A stretch of DNA of 64,000 bases from a bacterium (GCA_016125155.1 WGMI01000030.1:2079-66078); one strand, 5' to 3'. Shown: positions 27,396-37,039, counted from the first letter of the stretch. Notes: a model not told the origin generated them from the sequence alone. A program made the numbers and translations.

Positions 27396-29672
27396 TCAAC
27401 CACCCAAGGCCTTGCTCTTTGCCGAACGGCTCAAGGTGTAGGTGGTCATGGTGCCCAACCCCTTGACTTCTACAGGGGCATGGGGGTCAAACCCAAAACC
27501 ATCCGTTTGGGCCCCGAGGTAGGTCTTGAAGCGCTCGGTGGTTCGAATGGTGTTGGGGGCGGCCAGTTGTTCCATGCGCGCGGCTGCATTGACCACTTCT
27601 CCCCAGAGGTCGTAGATAAACTTGTGTTTTCCAATCACGCCCGCCACGAGGGGGCCAGAATCAATCCCGATCCGGTGGGGCAAACCGCGTTCGCACAAGT
27701 TCTCTTGCACGGCCAAAGCGAATTCTGCTGCTTGGATCGCGTGTTGAGGGTCGGCCAAAGGAACCCCCGCCGCAGCCATATAGGCATCGCCGATGGTCTT
27801 GATTTTCTCCAAACCAAAGGCACTGCACATACCGTCCAGCTCTTCAAAGAATTCTTCGAGAAAACGGCTCAGGGCTTCAGCACTCATCTTTTTACTCTTG
27901 GCGGTAAATCCCACCAAATCGATAAATACCAAAGAAGCCTGCTCCACTTCCTCCACCAAGGCCCCCTGCCCCGTCTTCAAACGAATGCCAATGCTCTTGG
28001 GCAAAATATTGTCGAGCAAGGCGTCGCTTTGACGGCGCAGGTCCCGAATCCGCCGGTAGGCGATCCCTGTGGCCACAACAGCTGCGAGCGCGAGGACACT
28101 GAATCCAAAAAGCGTCCAGTTGCGCCTGCGCGCCTTTTCGGCCTTGGAAACTTCGAGGGTCAAAGCGCGTTGCGATCGTTCGAGTTCCACGGCCAGGTTC
28201 ATTTCTTCCAGACTGGCCCCCAGTTCTGTATCTAATAACGAAGCCCGAAGTTGATTGGATCTCATGACATAGGCATAAGCCGAATCGCCTTGCCCTTGGA
28301 GAAACAACAACTGGGAGAGCTTTTCGAGGAGCACGGCCCGTTCGAGGTTAAAATCGGTGCGCTGCACGCGCGTTAGCGCCCTGCGACCCGCTTGTTCCGC
28401 TTCGGTCAAATAGACTGGCTTTGCTTTCAATCCCGGAGGATGCGGCGGATGGCTCCATGGATCCACTTCCATCAATCGAAGCACGAGATTGATTCTGCCC
28501 AGCGCCCGCGTGAGGTGTTCGTACTCGTCCAAATCCGTGGTGTCTGTCAAGGCCTCAGACTGAAACCGTGCTCTCAATTCGGTAAAGTCGCGCCGAATCA
28601 GGGCGAGCTCCGCTTCGAGCAAAGACCACTGAAGTCGTTCCCCCCGCATCCCGGTGTTGAAATCCGAAGATCGCAGCCTGCCGAGCGCAGCCGAGGCGCT
28701 GTCCGGTTGTTCCAAATCGAGCATCAAACTTGCGAGTTCGAGCGAAGGCGGCGCAACCCAACGAGGAGCACCGCGCTCCGAAGCCCAACGCAACGCCGCG
28801 CGAAAATGCCCTTTTGCTCGATGAGGAGCGCCCGCCATTTGGCGATACATACGCCCTTGCAACATCTCCCAGCGCGACTGCCAGTCTGGGTCTGAGGGAT
28901 TGTGGTCCGAAAGTCTGAGTGCCTTGAGCTGGGTCAGAGCTTCCCGAAAATCAGCGCTCCAAAATGCCAACTCGGCCCGCACCAAACCCAGACGGGCCCT
29001 CTGGCCGGGCACCCGACTGCCCTGTGCGCTCCGGAGAAGGGCCTCTGCCCGATCCAAAACGGTGTTGCCGGCAGCGTAGTGGCCGCGGCGCATGTGCAAT
29101 TGGGCCCATTGCTCCAATCCGAAAACGGCATTCAAGGTGTCACTCAGCGCGAGCAACCCGTCGACCGAAGAATCGAATCGCTCATCGGCTTTGACCCATT
29201 GCCCCAATTCCCGGTAACACACCCCCACGCGCCCCCCCAACAAATGCACCTTTTCATGATTTCCCTGGGCCGCGTACAACCGCGCACTGTATTCGAAATC
29301 CATCAAAGCCCGCTCCGGGAAACCTTCCGACAGCCATCGTTCTGCCCGGGCCCACAAGAGAAATGCCAGCGAACTGGAATCGGGGGCCGCTCGTTTGAGT
29401 TCGGCAAACCGCATCTCGGCCCATCTGCTGTGGACAGCACCCGGTTTGGTCAACGCTTGCAGCACTTCCCACGTCCATCGTTGGCTGGCCTTCACCGGAC
29501 GACGGCGGGTCATGGTTCGTTCTGCAGCCATGGAAGTGCTGTCGGGGTAGTTGATCCACTGCCAGACCAACCGATCCTCACGTTCAAACACCAGAGGCCT
29601 TTGACTAGCACCCAAAGCCCCCGAAAACACAAATACCGAAAGCACCAGTGCGAACACTGCCCTTATGTGCAT
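27396..29672 (-). CDS. TPR-repeat sensor with one TM segment and a C-terminal class III adenylate cyclase domain
   Basis: Start set at MHIRAVFALVLSVFVFSGALG (ATG 29672). Long TPR-like periplasmic region, then a TM (WTLFGFSVLALAAVVATGIAY). Cyclase core ASLVFIDLVGFT..IKTIGDAYMAAAG..YDLWGEVVNAAARME. The Lys (IKTIG) and Asp (DLWG) specificity residues suggest ATP. Confidence 0.8.
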   Translation of the reverse strand: MHIRAVFALVLSVFVFSGALGASQRPLVFEREDRLVWQWINYPDSTSMAAERTMTRRRPVKASQRWTWEVLQALTKPGAVHSRWAEMRFAELKRAAPDSSSLAFLLWARAERWLSEGFPERALMDFEYSARLYAAQGNHEKVHLLGGRVGVCYRELGQWVKADERFDSSVDGLLALSDTLNAVFGLEQWAQLHMRRGHYAAGNTVLDRAEALLRSAQGSRVPGQRARLGLVRAELAFWSADFREALTQLKALRLSDHNPSDPDWQSRWEMLQGRMYRQMAGAPHRAKGHFRAALRWASERGAPRWVAPPSLELASLMLDLEQPDSASAALGRLRSSDFNTGMRGERLQWSLLEAELALIRRDFTELRARFQSEALTDTTDLDEYEHLTRALGRINLVLRLMEVDPWSHPPHPPGLKAKPVYLTEAEQAGRRALTRVQRTDFNLERAVLLEKLSQLLFLQGQGDSAYAYVMRSNQLRASLLDTELGASLEEMNLAVELERSQRALTLEVSKAEKARRRNWTLFGFSVLALAAVVATGIAYRRIRDLRRQSDALLDNILPKSIGIRLKTGQGALVEEVEQASLVFIDLVGFTAKSKKMSAEALSRFLEEFFEELDGMCSAFGLEKIKTIGDAYMAAAGVPLADPQHAIQAAEFALAVQENLCERGLPHRIGIDSGPLVAGVIGKHKFIYDLWGEVVNAAARMEQLAAPNTIRTTERFKTYLGAQTDGFGFDPHAPVEVKGLGTMTTYTLSRSAKSKALGG

Positions 29673-29932
29673 GGGCTCATGGGTTGATAAAAGCACTTGA
29701 AAAGGGACTCCAAAAAAGAGTGCTTCGATTTGCCGCACAAAGCACCGAACTTTCCTTGAACTGGGAAACCCCGAGGACCGTTCTCGCTGGAACCAGTTCG
29801 ATCGGCTCCAAACCCGCACATATTGTGGCATCAGAAGGTTGGTCCGAGTCAAATAGGGCTTTGACTGATTCTCTGTACGAACTCTGGAGCCCAATCTTCT
29901 GTTCTCATTGCTTAACCCCTAATTCACACATC

Positions 29933-30916
29933 ATGAAGTTCCACAATTGGGTTTTTGGTGCCCTGAGCGTCTTGGCCATCGGATTTTCCGGAATTGGCTG
30001 CAGCGAAGACGACGACAACAACAACAATACGCCAGCCCTGGGCACCATAGCCGATCGGGCAGCCGCCGATCCTGAATTGACTTCTTTGGTCGCGGCGCTT
30101 CAGGCAACCGGCTTGGACGCATTGGTTGACGATCCCACCCAACGGCTAACGGTCTTTGCCCCGACCAATGCAGCATTCGATCAATTGCTGTCTGATTTGG
30201 GCTTAACCTCCTTGGATGAACTGGTCTCGACCTTGGGTGTAGACGCAGTAACCAATATTGTCGCCTACCACGTCTTGGCCACCGAGCAAGCCTCTGGAAG
30301 TTTGACGACTTCGTATGCGAATACCCTCGGCACTGCAGCAGGCACCACAGACGAATACCTCAGCCTGTTCGTCAACACGGCTAGTGGCGTCAAAATCAAT
30401 GAGGCCAACGTGACCGCGGCCGATATTGAGGCAGACAACGGCGTAATCCACAAAATCGACAAAGTGTTGTTGCCTTTGGGATTGGTGGAATTGCTGCAAA
30501 TCAACCCCAACTACAGCACTTTGGTGGCCGCTGTTTTGGCCGCCGATCCTGCGGTGTTGACGGCCGTAAACGATCCCAACGCCAACCTTACCGTTTTGGC
30601 CCCAAACAATGCCGCCTTTACCGCGCTTTTGGCAGCGTTGGGCGTCAATGATTTGGCTGGCGTGATCGGCGCAATCGGACAAGATGGCCTCACCACGGTA
30701 TTGCTGTACCACGCCATTCCAAGCGTCGTATACTCATCCGATTTGACCAATGGGCCCGTGGCGACCGCCGCTGCGCAAAACGTCACGGTCGATCTGAGCA
30801 GCGGGGTTCGTTTTGTAGACACCAATGGAGATGCCGCCTCGGTAACGGTTGCCAACGTACGGGGCACCAATGGAATCATCCACGGCATCAATGCCGTGCT
30901 CCTTCCCCAGTTGTAA
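29933..30916 (+). CDS. Fasciclin (FAS1) domain lipoprotein, two FAS1 repeats
   Basis: Start set at MKFHNWVFGALSVLAIGFSGIGC (lipobox). LTVFAPTNAAFDQL..NGVIHKIDKVLLP and LTVLAPNNAAFTAL..NGIIHGINAVLLP are the H1/H2 FAS1 motifs. Confidence 0.85.
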   Translation: MKFHNWVFGALSVLAIGFSGIGCSEDDDNNNNTPALGTIADRAAADPELTSLVAALQATGLDALVDDPTQRLTVFAPTNAAFDQLLSDLGLTSLDELVSTLGVDAVTNIVAYHVLATEQASGSLTTSYANTLGTAAGTTDEYLSLFVNTASGVKINEANVTAADIEADNGVIHKIDKVLLPLGLVELLQINPNYSTLVAAVLAADPAVLTAVNDPNANLTVLAPNNAAFTALLAALGVNDLAGVIGAIGQDGLTTVLLYHAIPSVVYSSDLTNGPVATAAAQNVTVDLSSGVRFVDTNGDAASVTVANVRGTNGIIHGINAVLLPQL

Positions 30917-30939
30917 CCAACAAGCGCAAGAAGGTTCAA

Positions 30940-30975
30940 CCACCCTTGTTTCGGCAGGGGTGGTATTTATTTTTG
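30940..30975 (+). terminator. Candidate rho-independent terminator after the fasciclin gene
   Basis: Stem CCACCC (30940..30945) pairs with GGGTGG (30958..30963), followed by the T-rich TATTTATTTTT. Confidence 0.45.
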
Positions 30976-31018
30976 ATAAAACTCGACCGGGATTGCATTT
31001 TTTTTCCTTTATTTAAGT

Positions 31019-31225
31019 GTGTCGAATTCATGGATTACAGAACCCGAAGTCAACGGCCCCGTCGATCGAGCGCAGTTGTTCGCTCACGCATTGAGGCGAT
31101 TGGGCATACAGGCACTTCGCCAATCGGAATTGTGGGAGCAACTCGACGACTTCGGACGGGCTATGCTCCTCGATGGGTATTCTCCCCCTGAACTGGACGA
31201 ATTGAGAAAATTGTCCGAGTCCTAA
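31019..31225 (+). CDS. Small hypothetical protein (68 aa)
   Basis: ORF only. It has plausible helical, acidic composition, but no family was recognised. Confidence 0.3.
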   Translation: MSNSWITEPEVNGPVDRAQLFAHALRRLGIQALRQSELWEQLDDFGRAMLLDGYSPPELDELRKLSES

Positions 31226-31257
31226 AAGGGGGGCGGGCAGCGCAGTAATTTCGCGCC

Positions 31258-31773
31258 ATGTCCACACAATTGTTGCGCATCGTTTTGGCGGCCCTTTTGG
31301 GGGTAGGTTCCGTGGTATTGATGTTGACCGGAAGCATTGGCTGGGGTATTCTGGGGCTGTTGATCGCCGGGCTCGTCTTGTTGACTTATTATCGCAATGA
31401 GCGCATTCTCTGGGCTTTCTACCATTTGCGCAGCCAGCGGTTCGACAAGGCCAAAGCGGCCTTGAGCGGCATCCGCAACCCCGAACGCGATTTGATTCAA
31501 GGCCAAAGGGCCTATTTCTACTTTTTAAACGGTCTGCTCGAGGCCCAAACCAATTTGAGCAAATCGGAAACCTGGATGCGCAAGGCCCTGAGTACAGGAC
31601 TGCGCATGAAGCACGATCAGGCCATGGCCAAACTAAATCTTGCGGGCATTGCGGTGGCGAAACGCCGTCGGAGGGAAGCCGAATTGCTTCTTTCGGAAGT
31701 TAAAAAACTGGACGAACGCGGGATGCTGACCGAACAGGTCAAAATGATCAAGCAACAGCTCAAACACCTCTGA
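31258..31773 (+). CDS. Hypothetical membrane protein (two TM segments plus a TPR-like helical tail)
   Basis: LRIVLAALLGVGSVVLMLTGSIGWGILGLLIAGLVLL, then helical repeat-like sequence. No family recognised. Confidence 0.5.
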   Translation: MSTQLLRIVLAALLGVGSVVLMLTGSIGWGILGLLIAGLVLLTYYRNERILWAFYHLRSQRFDKAKAALSGIRNPERDLIQGQRAYFYFLNGLLEAQTNLSKSETWMRKALSTGLRMKHDQAMAKLNLAGIAVAKRRRREAELLLSEVKKLDERGMLTEQVKMIKQQLKHL

Positions 31774-31856
31774 ATACCGCTCCCCCCATTCTGCTGATTC
31801 CCGGTCTGGGGAGCAACGGCAAAAGACTCCGGTCGCTCTTTCCAGCGAAGGCCGAG

Positions 31857-32450
31857 GTGCACACGGCCCTGTGGAGCGACACCCTTCCCGAAGATACCCC
31901 TCGCTCACTGACCGAGCGGTGGATGAAGCGGTTGCCCGATTCGAGAAGCTATTCTTTGGTAGTGCAATCGCTCGGCGCGTCTTTGGTTTCCGAATTCTGT
32001 GCTTTGCGTCCTCCTCAGAAATTGGTGGTCCTGTCTGCTCCCATCCAGTATGAGGAACTGCCGCTTTGGGCTCGTTGGCCTGGGGTCAAGCAACTCATCG
32101 CCTTGCTTCCTGCGCCCCGATTGCACGCGTTCCTCAGGTTGTGTCTGAAACGATGGGGAAAGCTTGTGGGGCTTCCCAGCACGCTATCCGAATTCGAACA
32201 CCTCTCGTCTGTTCTATATAAAGCGTTGATTATGAACTATTATAGTCCATTATCGCCCGAATTGGGGGCAGGCGCCTATGCCGTTGAACTCCATCGAATC
32301 TTTGATCCTTCCGATCCGCTGTCGGGAATTCCCAAATCAGGAATACTCCATGAACTTCGAAGCGCGGGACATTTGGTTGAGCGCGAAAGCCCAAAGTGTG
32401 TTCGGGATATTTTCTATTCTATATTTAACAATGACAACACTTTACAATAA
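31857..32450 (+). CDS. Alpha/beta-hydrolase-like protein; the first canonical start appears to truncate the fold
   Basis: The frame is open from 31704. Codons 31773..31856 read NTAPPILLIPGLGSNGKRLRSLFPAKAE, a typical first strand and oxyanion-loop region. VVQSLGASL sits at the nucleophile-elbow position. There is no ATG/GTG/TTG upstream of 31857 in this frame. Confidence 0.45.
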   Translation: MHTALWSDTLPEDTPRSLTERWMKRLPDSRSYSLVVQSLGASLVSEFCALRPPQKLVVLSAPIQYEELPLWARWPGVKQLIALLPAPRLHAFLRLCLKRWGKLVGLPSTLSEFEHLSSVLYKALIMNYYSPLSPELGAGAYAVELHRIFDPSDPLSGIPKSGILHELRSAGHLVERESPKCVRDIFYSIFNNDNTLQ

Positions 32451-32659
32451 TTACATATTGCCTAACCTCAAGAAGACGCGCGCTCCGATGCTTTGGGAAT
32501 AAAAAGACTTCTGATTCTCTATTATTATCGAGTGTATCCCAAATAGGGAAATCCCATTTGATCACCCATTATAAAAATTCTCTAATTATCAGCATTTTAA
32601 GAAAAAACCTCGCTTTGGCACGATTCTCACTAATAGAGGGAAACACTCAACCTTCTGCC

Positions 32660-34576
32660 ATGAGCAAAATCAAGTATTCAATTTTCGCAGCCGGCCTGAT
32701 CGGTCTCGCTGTGGGGTCTTGCAAGCAAGATCTCGACTCTTCGATCCAAACGCCCGGTACATTCAATTATGAAACCAGCGGAACGGTTCGAGTTGCACTG
32801 AACGGCCAAGACTTTATGGCCGGTGCTGTATTTAGCATCTACACTGCCGCTCCCCAGGACGGTGGCAAGTTGATCGCTACAGCCATGCTCGACGAAAACG
32901 GTCGTTTCGAGAGCAACTTCCGCTTGGCCACCGCGGCTCAATCGGTCTACCTCGTGTCAAACTACATCGGTATGCCCGGCAACTTCCCCATCGCCATCAG
33001 CAATGGTGTTGCCAGCGTAGACTTCAACCGCACCGGTGCTGGTAAAAACGGAGGCAGCATCCAAGGTCCTTCGGCCAAGGTTGCCGCTACGGTCTACGAC
33101 TACTTCGGTACGTACAACGCTTTGGGTGTGCCTTCTTATTTGTTGGCTCCCGATGCCATCACTCCTTTGTTGTTGGCCCAAATCAATGCTACCCTTCCCG
33201 AATACGTAGACAACTCTGCTCTGGCCGTTCTTGGCAACAGCGACCTCGTTGTTACGCAGACCACGGAAGTGTTCTTTACGTGGGTTTTCGAAGGCGCCGG
33301 TTTCCAGAATGCCGTAGGTTTCTACACCTATAACACGGGTACTCCCCCCGTCAACGTTACCGACATCGACAGCGTTCAGATCATCATCCCAAACTCTTCG
33401 TTTTCGCCCCAGGGTGGGTTGGTTGCCGGTGACAAGATCAGCCTCGGTGTGATTCCCGCTGGAAAGTCGATCGGTTGGGTATTGTTCAAGTATGGTTGGA
33501 ACAGCGGTACGCAAACCGTAAACTTCAACAACCCCAAGGTGTACTCGAACCCCGACTTCAACGACGAAGCTACGCCCGCCAACCGTCGCCACGTGGTCAA
33601 CCTGTACCACGCTCCTCAGAACCTGATCTTGGTTGGTTTCGAAGACCAAGACCGCGACAACCCCGCTACCGACAACGACTTCAACGACCTGTTGTTCTAC
33701 ATTACGACCAGCGTACCCAACGGTTGCAACACCAGCGGTTTCCCCTTCGTGAACACCCAGGGTGGAACGGACAGCGACAACGACGGTGTCAACGACCAGT
33801 TCGACGCTTTCCCGAACGATCCCACCAAGGCCTTCATCTGCTACCATCCGTTTGACGGTGGTTTCAACAGCGTTGCTTTCGAAGATTTGTGGCCCGCTCA
33901 AGGCGACTACGACTTCAACGACCTCGTGATGGACATGAACTATGCCGCTTATATGGACGTGAACTTCGACGTGGTCGAGATCGACGTAACCGGCTATGTT
34001 CGTCATATCGGTGCCTCGTACAACAACGGTTATGGCATCCGCTGGCCCTTCCCTTACAGCGACGTTGCCGGCGTAACCGGTAGCCAATTGCTGCACGGCA
34101 TCGTTACGGTGAATGGAAATGGAACGGAAGCGGGTCAAACCGACGCCGTGAGCATGATGTTTGACGATGCTTTCGACCACGAAAACGACACCGTCAAGTT
34201 GAACATCTTGATGAGCAACCCTTATCCGCTCACCCAGCTGCAAGCCAACATGTGCGATCCCTTCCTCTTCGTAGACGGCAACCGCGGACGTGAGGTCCAC
34301 CTCGCCGGCAAGCAGCCTACCGATCTGGCCAATGTCGCCCTGTTCGGCACCGGTGACGACGCTACCGTACTCCCCGGCTTCACCTACAAGAATGGTCAGA
34401 ACATGCCTTGGGCCATCGAAATCAACCACAACTTCTCTGTGGTAGTCGAGAAAGTCCGCATCGAAGCTGCCTACTTGAAGTTCGCCGACTGGGCTCAGAG
34501 CAACGGTGCCTTGTTCCCCGATTGGTACTACAACCTGTCGCCCTTCTATCGCAACAACGCCAACCTGATCCCCTAA
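32660..34576 (+). CDS. LruC-domain lipoprotein (DUF4114-like N-region, Asp-rich Ca-binding-type repeat, LruC domain)
   Basis: Start set at MSKIKYSIFAAGLIGLAVGSC. VFFTWVFEGAGFQNAVGFYTY..GFEDQDRDNPATDNDFNDLLFYI; DSDNDGVNDQFDAFPNDP; VAFEDLWPAQGDYDFNDLVMDMNY (LruC-domain signature, from memory). Confidence 0.8.
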   Translation: MSKIKYSIFAAGLIGLAVGSCKQDLDSSIQTPGTFNYETSGTVRVALNGQDFMAGAVFSIYTAAPQDGGKLIATAMLDENGRFESNFRLATAAQSVYLVSNYIGMPGNFPIAISNGVASVDFNRTGAGKNGGSIQGPSAKVAATVYDYFGTYNALGVPSYLLAPDAITPLLLAQINATLPEYVDNSALAVLGNSDLVVTQTTEVFFTWVFEGAGFQNAVGFYTYNTGTPPVNVTDIDSVQIIIPNSSFSPQGGLVAGDKISLGVIPAGKSIGWVLFKYGWNSGTQTVNFNNPKVYSNPDFNDEATPANRRHVVNLYHAPQNLILVGFEDQDRDNPATDNDFNDLLFYITTSVPNGCNTSGFPFVNTQGGTDSDNDGVNDQFDAFPNDPTKAFICYHPFDGGFNSVAFEDLWPAQGDYDFNDLVMDMNYAAYMDVNFDVVEIDVTGYVRHIGASYNNGYGIRWPFPYSDVAGVTGSQLLHGIVTVNGNGTEAGQTDAVSMMFDDAFDHENDTVKLNILMSNPYPLTQLQANMCDPFLFVDGNRGREVHLAGKQPTDLANVALFGTGDDATVLPGFTYKNGQNMPWAIEINHNFSVVVEKVRIEAAYLKFADWAQSNGALFPDWYYNLSPFYRNNANLIP

Positions 34577-34609
34577 GGGAAATTCGAGGAGTCCAATCCT
34601 TGGAAGAAG

Positions 34610-34635
34610 CCCCGCCACTTGGCGGGGTTTTTTTT
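34610..34635 (+). terminator. Rho-independent terminator after LruC paralog 1
   Basis: Stem CCCCGCC / GGCGGGG with loop ACTT, followed by an 8-nt T-run (34628..34635). Confidence 0.7.
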
Positions 34636-34936
34636 GCCCTATTTCCTGGCAGTTTGGCTTCCACCCGTGCTGAACCTCTCCGAAAAAAAACGACCCGACT
34701 CCGAAAGAACGAGGTCAAACTCCGAAGAAGCGCTCGTTTCAAAATCCGATCGGCGCAGTTTTGTCGCATGAAAAAAACCGGCTTCCTCTCGTTGCTTCCC
34801 TCAATCCACCTGAATCTGCACCGCTGGATTTTTTGGGACCCACAAAGTACATCGCTTGATTTCAGTTTAATACGAATAAAACCGGCCAATGAAAAAAAAT
34901 TAAACAAGTGTTATTCTTACAAAGAAATTACTTTGT

Positions 34937-34944
34937 TATTTTTG
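34937..34944 (+). promoter_or_regulatory. Candidate -7 box TATTTTTG for LruC paralog 2
   Basis: Matches the Bacteroidota TAnnTTTG consensus. It lies 22 nt upstream of ATG 34966 in an AT-rich stretch. Confidence 0.35.
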
Positions 34945-34965
34945 TGGTCATAATCAACCTACAAA

Positions 34966-36888
34966 ATGAAAAAGAACCTCTTTTGGATGACGGGCTCCAT
35001 GCTGCTCGTCTTCTCGTGCAATCCGGACCCATCCAGTCCAACGCCCCCTTCGAACAAGCAATTCGACTATTCGACTTCCGAAGCGGTCTCGGTCGAAATC
35101 AGGACTTTCGATTTTCAGGCCGGAGCCTCCTTCTCCCTGTTCACCGATGCCCCGGAAATCGGAGGGGCTCTGCTGAGCCGGGGTCGCATCGAGGCGGATG
35201 GGCGATTTTCGACCACCCTTCGCCTCGGCATCGACCGGCCCTCGGTGTACTTGGTCAGTGACTATGTAGGCCTGCCAGGCGGGTTCGAACTTCCTGTGGT
35301 CAATGGTCGCATCCAATTTGACTATACCACCTTGGCCGGTCCGAGTCAAAGCGGCAAAAGCATGGGCAGCCCTCAGAAAATCGGATCCACGGTCTACGGG
35401 TATCACGGTCCGTACTCTTCTGATGGCAAACCCTTGGTTCTGGCGACGCCCGATGCCATCGATGCGAGCCTGTTGGCCGACATCAATGCCTCCTTGCCGG
35501 AACGCGATCCCGTCCCGGTCAAAAATCCCCAATATTTGGCCCAGGGCAATGACACCGAGATTCACCTCACCGAACCCTGCGACGTATGGGTGACTTGGCT
35601 GCACGAAGGGGCGGGTTACCGCAATGCCATCGGCTATTACGTCTACAATACCAACAACCCTCCGTCTAGTCCAGCCGACATCGATTCGATCAAAGTGATT
35701 TTGCCGAACGCCTCCAACGCGGGTTCGGGGGGACAATTGGTTCCGGGAGACAAGGTCTATCTCGGCGCCTACCCGACGGGCACTTCGGTGGGTTGGGTGC
35801 TGTTTCAAGATGCTTGGAACGGCAACAATCAAAGCGTCAATTTTGGAAAGACCAAGTACTTCTCGAACCCGGCTTTTAATCCAGATCCTGTTGGTAAAAA
35901 GCAACACAATGTTTTGCTCCATCACACCCAACGGGGTTTGATCCTGATCGGTTTTGAAGACCTCGATCGGGGCGGTTCGAGCGACGACGATTTCAACGAT
36001 GCCGTGTTCTACGTGACGGCAAACCCCATAGAAGCCATCGACACCGACAACATGCCCCCTGTAACCGACGGCGGTGGAAACGACTGCGACAACGACGGGG
36101 TCGACGACTCCAACGACCTGTATCCCTGCGATCCCGAAAAGGCCTTCGATCACTTCTATCCCTTTGAATCGGGCTTTTCGAGCGTGGCGTTCGAAGACCT
36201 GTGGCCCGCAGAAGGCGACTACGACTTCAATGATTTGGTGATGGGAATGAATTTCCGGTTCGTGACCAACGCCCGGAACGAAATTGTCGAAATAGATATG
36301 AAATTGCATGTCCGCCACATTGGCGCTGCTTATACCAACGGCTTTGGCATAGGCTTCCCCTTTCCGGCTACGGATGTTTTAAGCACCGTCGGCCCTGGGA
36401 ATCGAGGTACGATTACCTCGTTGGCCGCCAATGGTTTGGAAAACGGTCATACCAACGCGGTGTTCGTCGCCTTCGACAATGCTTTTGACCACGAAGGCGA
36501 TACGCTGCAAATCCTCATGACACTCCAGACCCCCTACAGCCTCGCGGCCCTCAACGCCTCAGGACTTGATCCCTTCCTGTTCGTCAATGGAGACCGCGGT
36601 CGCGAAGTGCACCTCAAAGGACGCCAGCCCAGCGCCTTGGCGAATCCCGCTCTGTTTGGCACCGGAAACGACGCCAGCCAGCCCGGAAGCTCCGACACTT
36701 ACCTCAATGCAGATGGTTTGCCCTGGGCGATCGAAATCAACCACAACTACCGGCCTCCGGTGGAAAAAGTGCGCATCGAAAACGCCTATTTGCGCTTCGA
36801 CGAATGGGCCGGATCGAATGGTGCACAGTACAAAGACTGGTTTTCCAATTCGGGTGGCGACTACCGGAACAACGCCAACCTACAGTAA
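34966..36888 (+). CDS. LruC-domain lipoprotein, paralog 2
   Basis: MKKNLFWMTGSMLLVFSC lipobox. Same architecture as 32660..34576: VWVTWLHEGAGYRNAIGYYVY..GFEDLDRGGSSDDDFNDAVFYV; DCDNDGVDDSNDLYPCDP; VAFEDLWPAEGDYDFNDLVMGMNF; C-terminal WAIEINHNY..EKVRIENAYLRFDEWA. Confidence 0.8.
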   Translation: MKKNLFWMTGSMLLVFSCNPDPSSPTPPSNKQFDYSTSEAVSVEIRTFDFQAGASFSLFTDAPEIGGALLSRGRIEADGRFSTTLRLGIDRPSVYLVSDYVGLPGGFELPVVNGRIQFDYTTLAGPSQSGKSMGSPQKIGSTVYGYHGPYSSDGKPLVLATPDAIDASLLADINASLPERDPVPVKNPQYLAQGNDTEIHLTEPCDVWVTWLHEGAGYRNAIGYYVYNTNNPPSSPADIDSIKVILPNASNAGSGGQLVPGDKVYLGAYPTGTSVGWVLFQDAWNGNNQSVNFGKTKYFSNPAFNPDPVGKKQHNVLLHHTQRGLILIGFEDLDRGGSSDDDFNDAVFYVTANPIEAIDTDNMPPVTDGGGNDCDNDGVDDSNDLYPCDPEKAFDHFYPFESGFSSVAFEDLWPAEGDYDFNDLVMGMNFRFVTNARNEIVEIDMKLHVRHIGAAYTNGFGIGFPFPATDVLSTVGPGNRGTITSLAANGLENGHTNAVFVAFDNAFDHEGDTLQILMTLQTPYSLAALNASGLDPFLFVNGDRGREVHLKGRQPSALANPALFGTGNDASQPGSSDTYLNADGLPWAIEINHNYRPPVEKVRIENAYLRFDEWAGSNGAQYKDWFSNSGGDYRNNANLQ

Positions 36889-36931
36889 ACGCGGCCCCAA
36901 CTTCCTACGGGAATCCGATATTGGGTACGCA

Positions 36932-36960
36932 GGGCAGTCCGTTGGGCTGCCCTTTTTTTT
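36932..36960 (+). terminator. Rho-independent terminator after LruC paralog 2
   Basis: Stem GGGCAG / CTGCCC, followed by TTTTTTTT (36953..36960). Confidence 0.65.
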
Positions 36961-37039
36961 ATACCCCCTTCCCCGAGTTGGGACAGTCGGTGTGGGCGGG
37001 TTCTCTGCCGTACTTTTGGCCGTAAACCGCTCTACCGAC

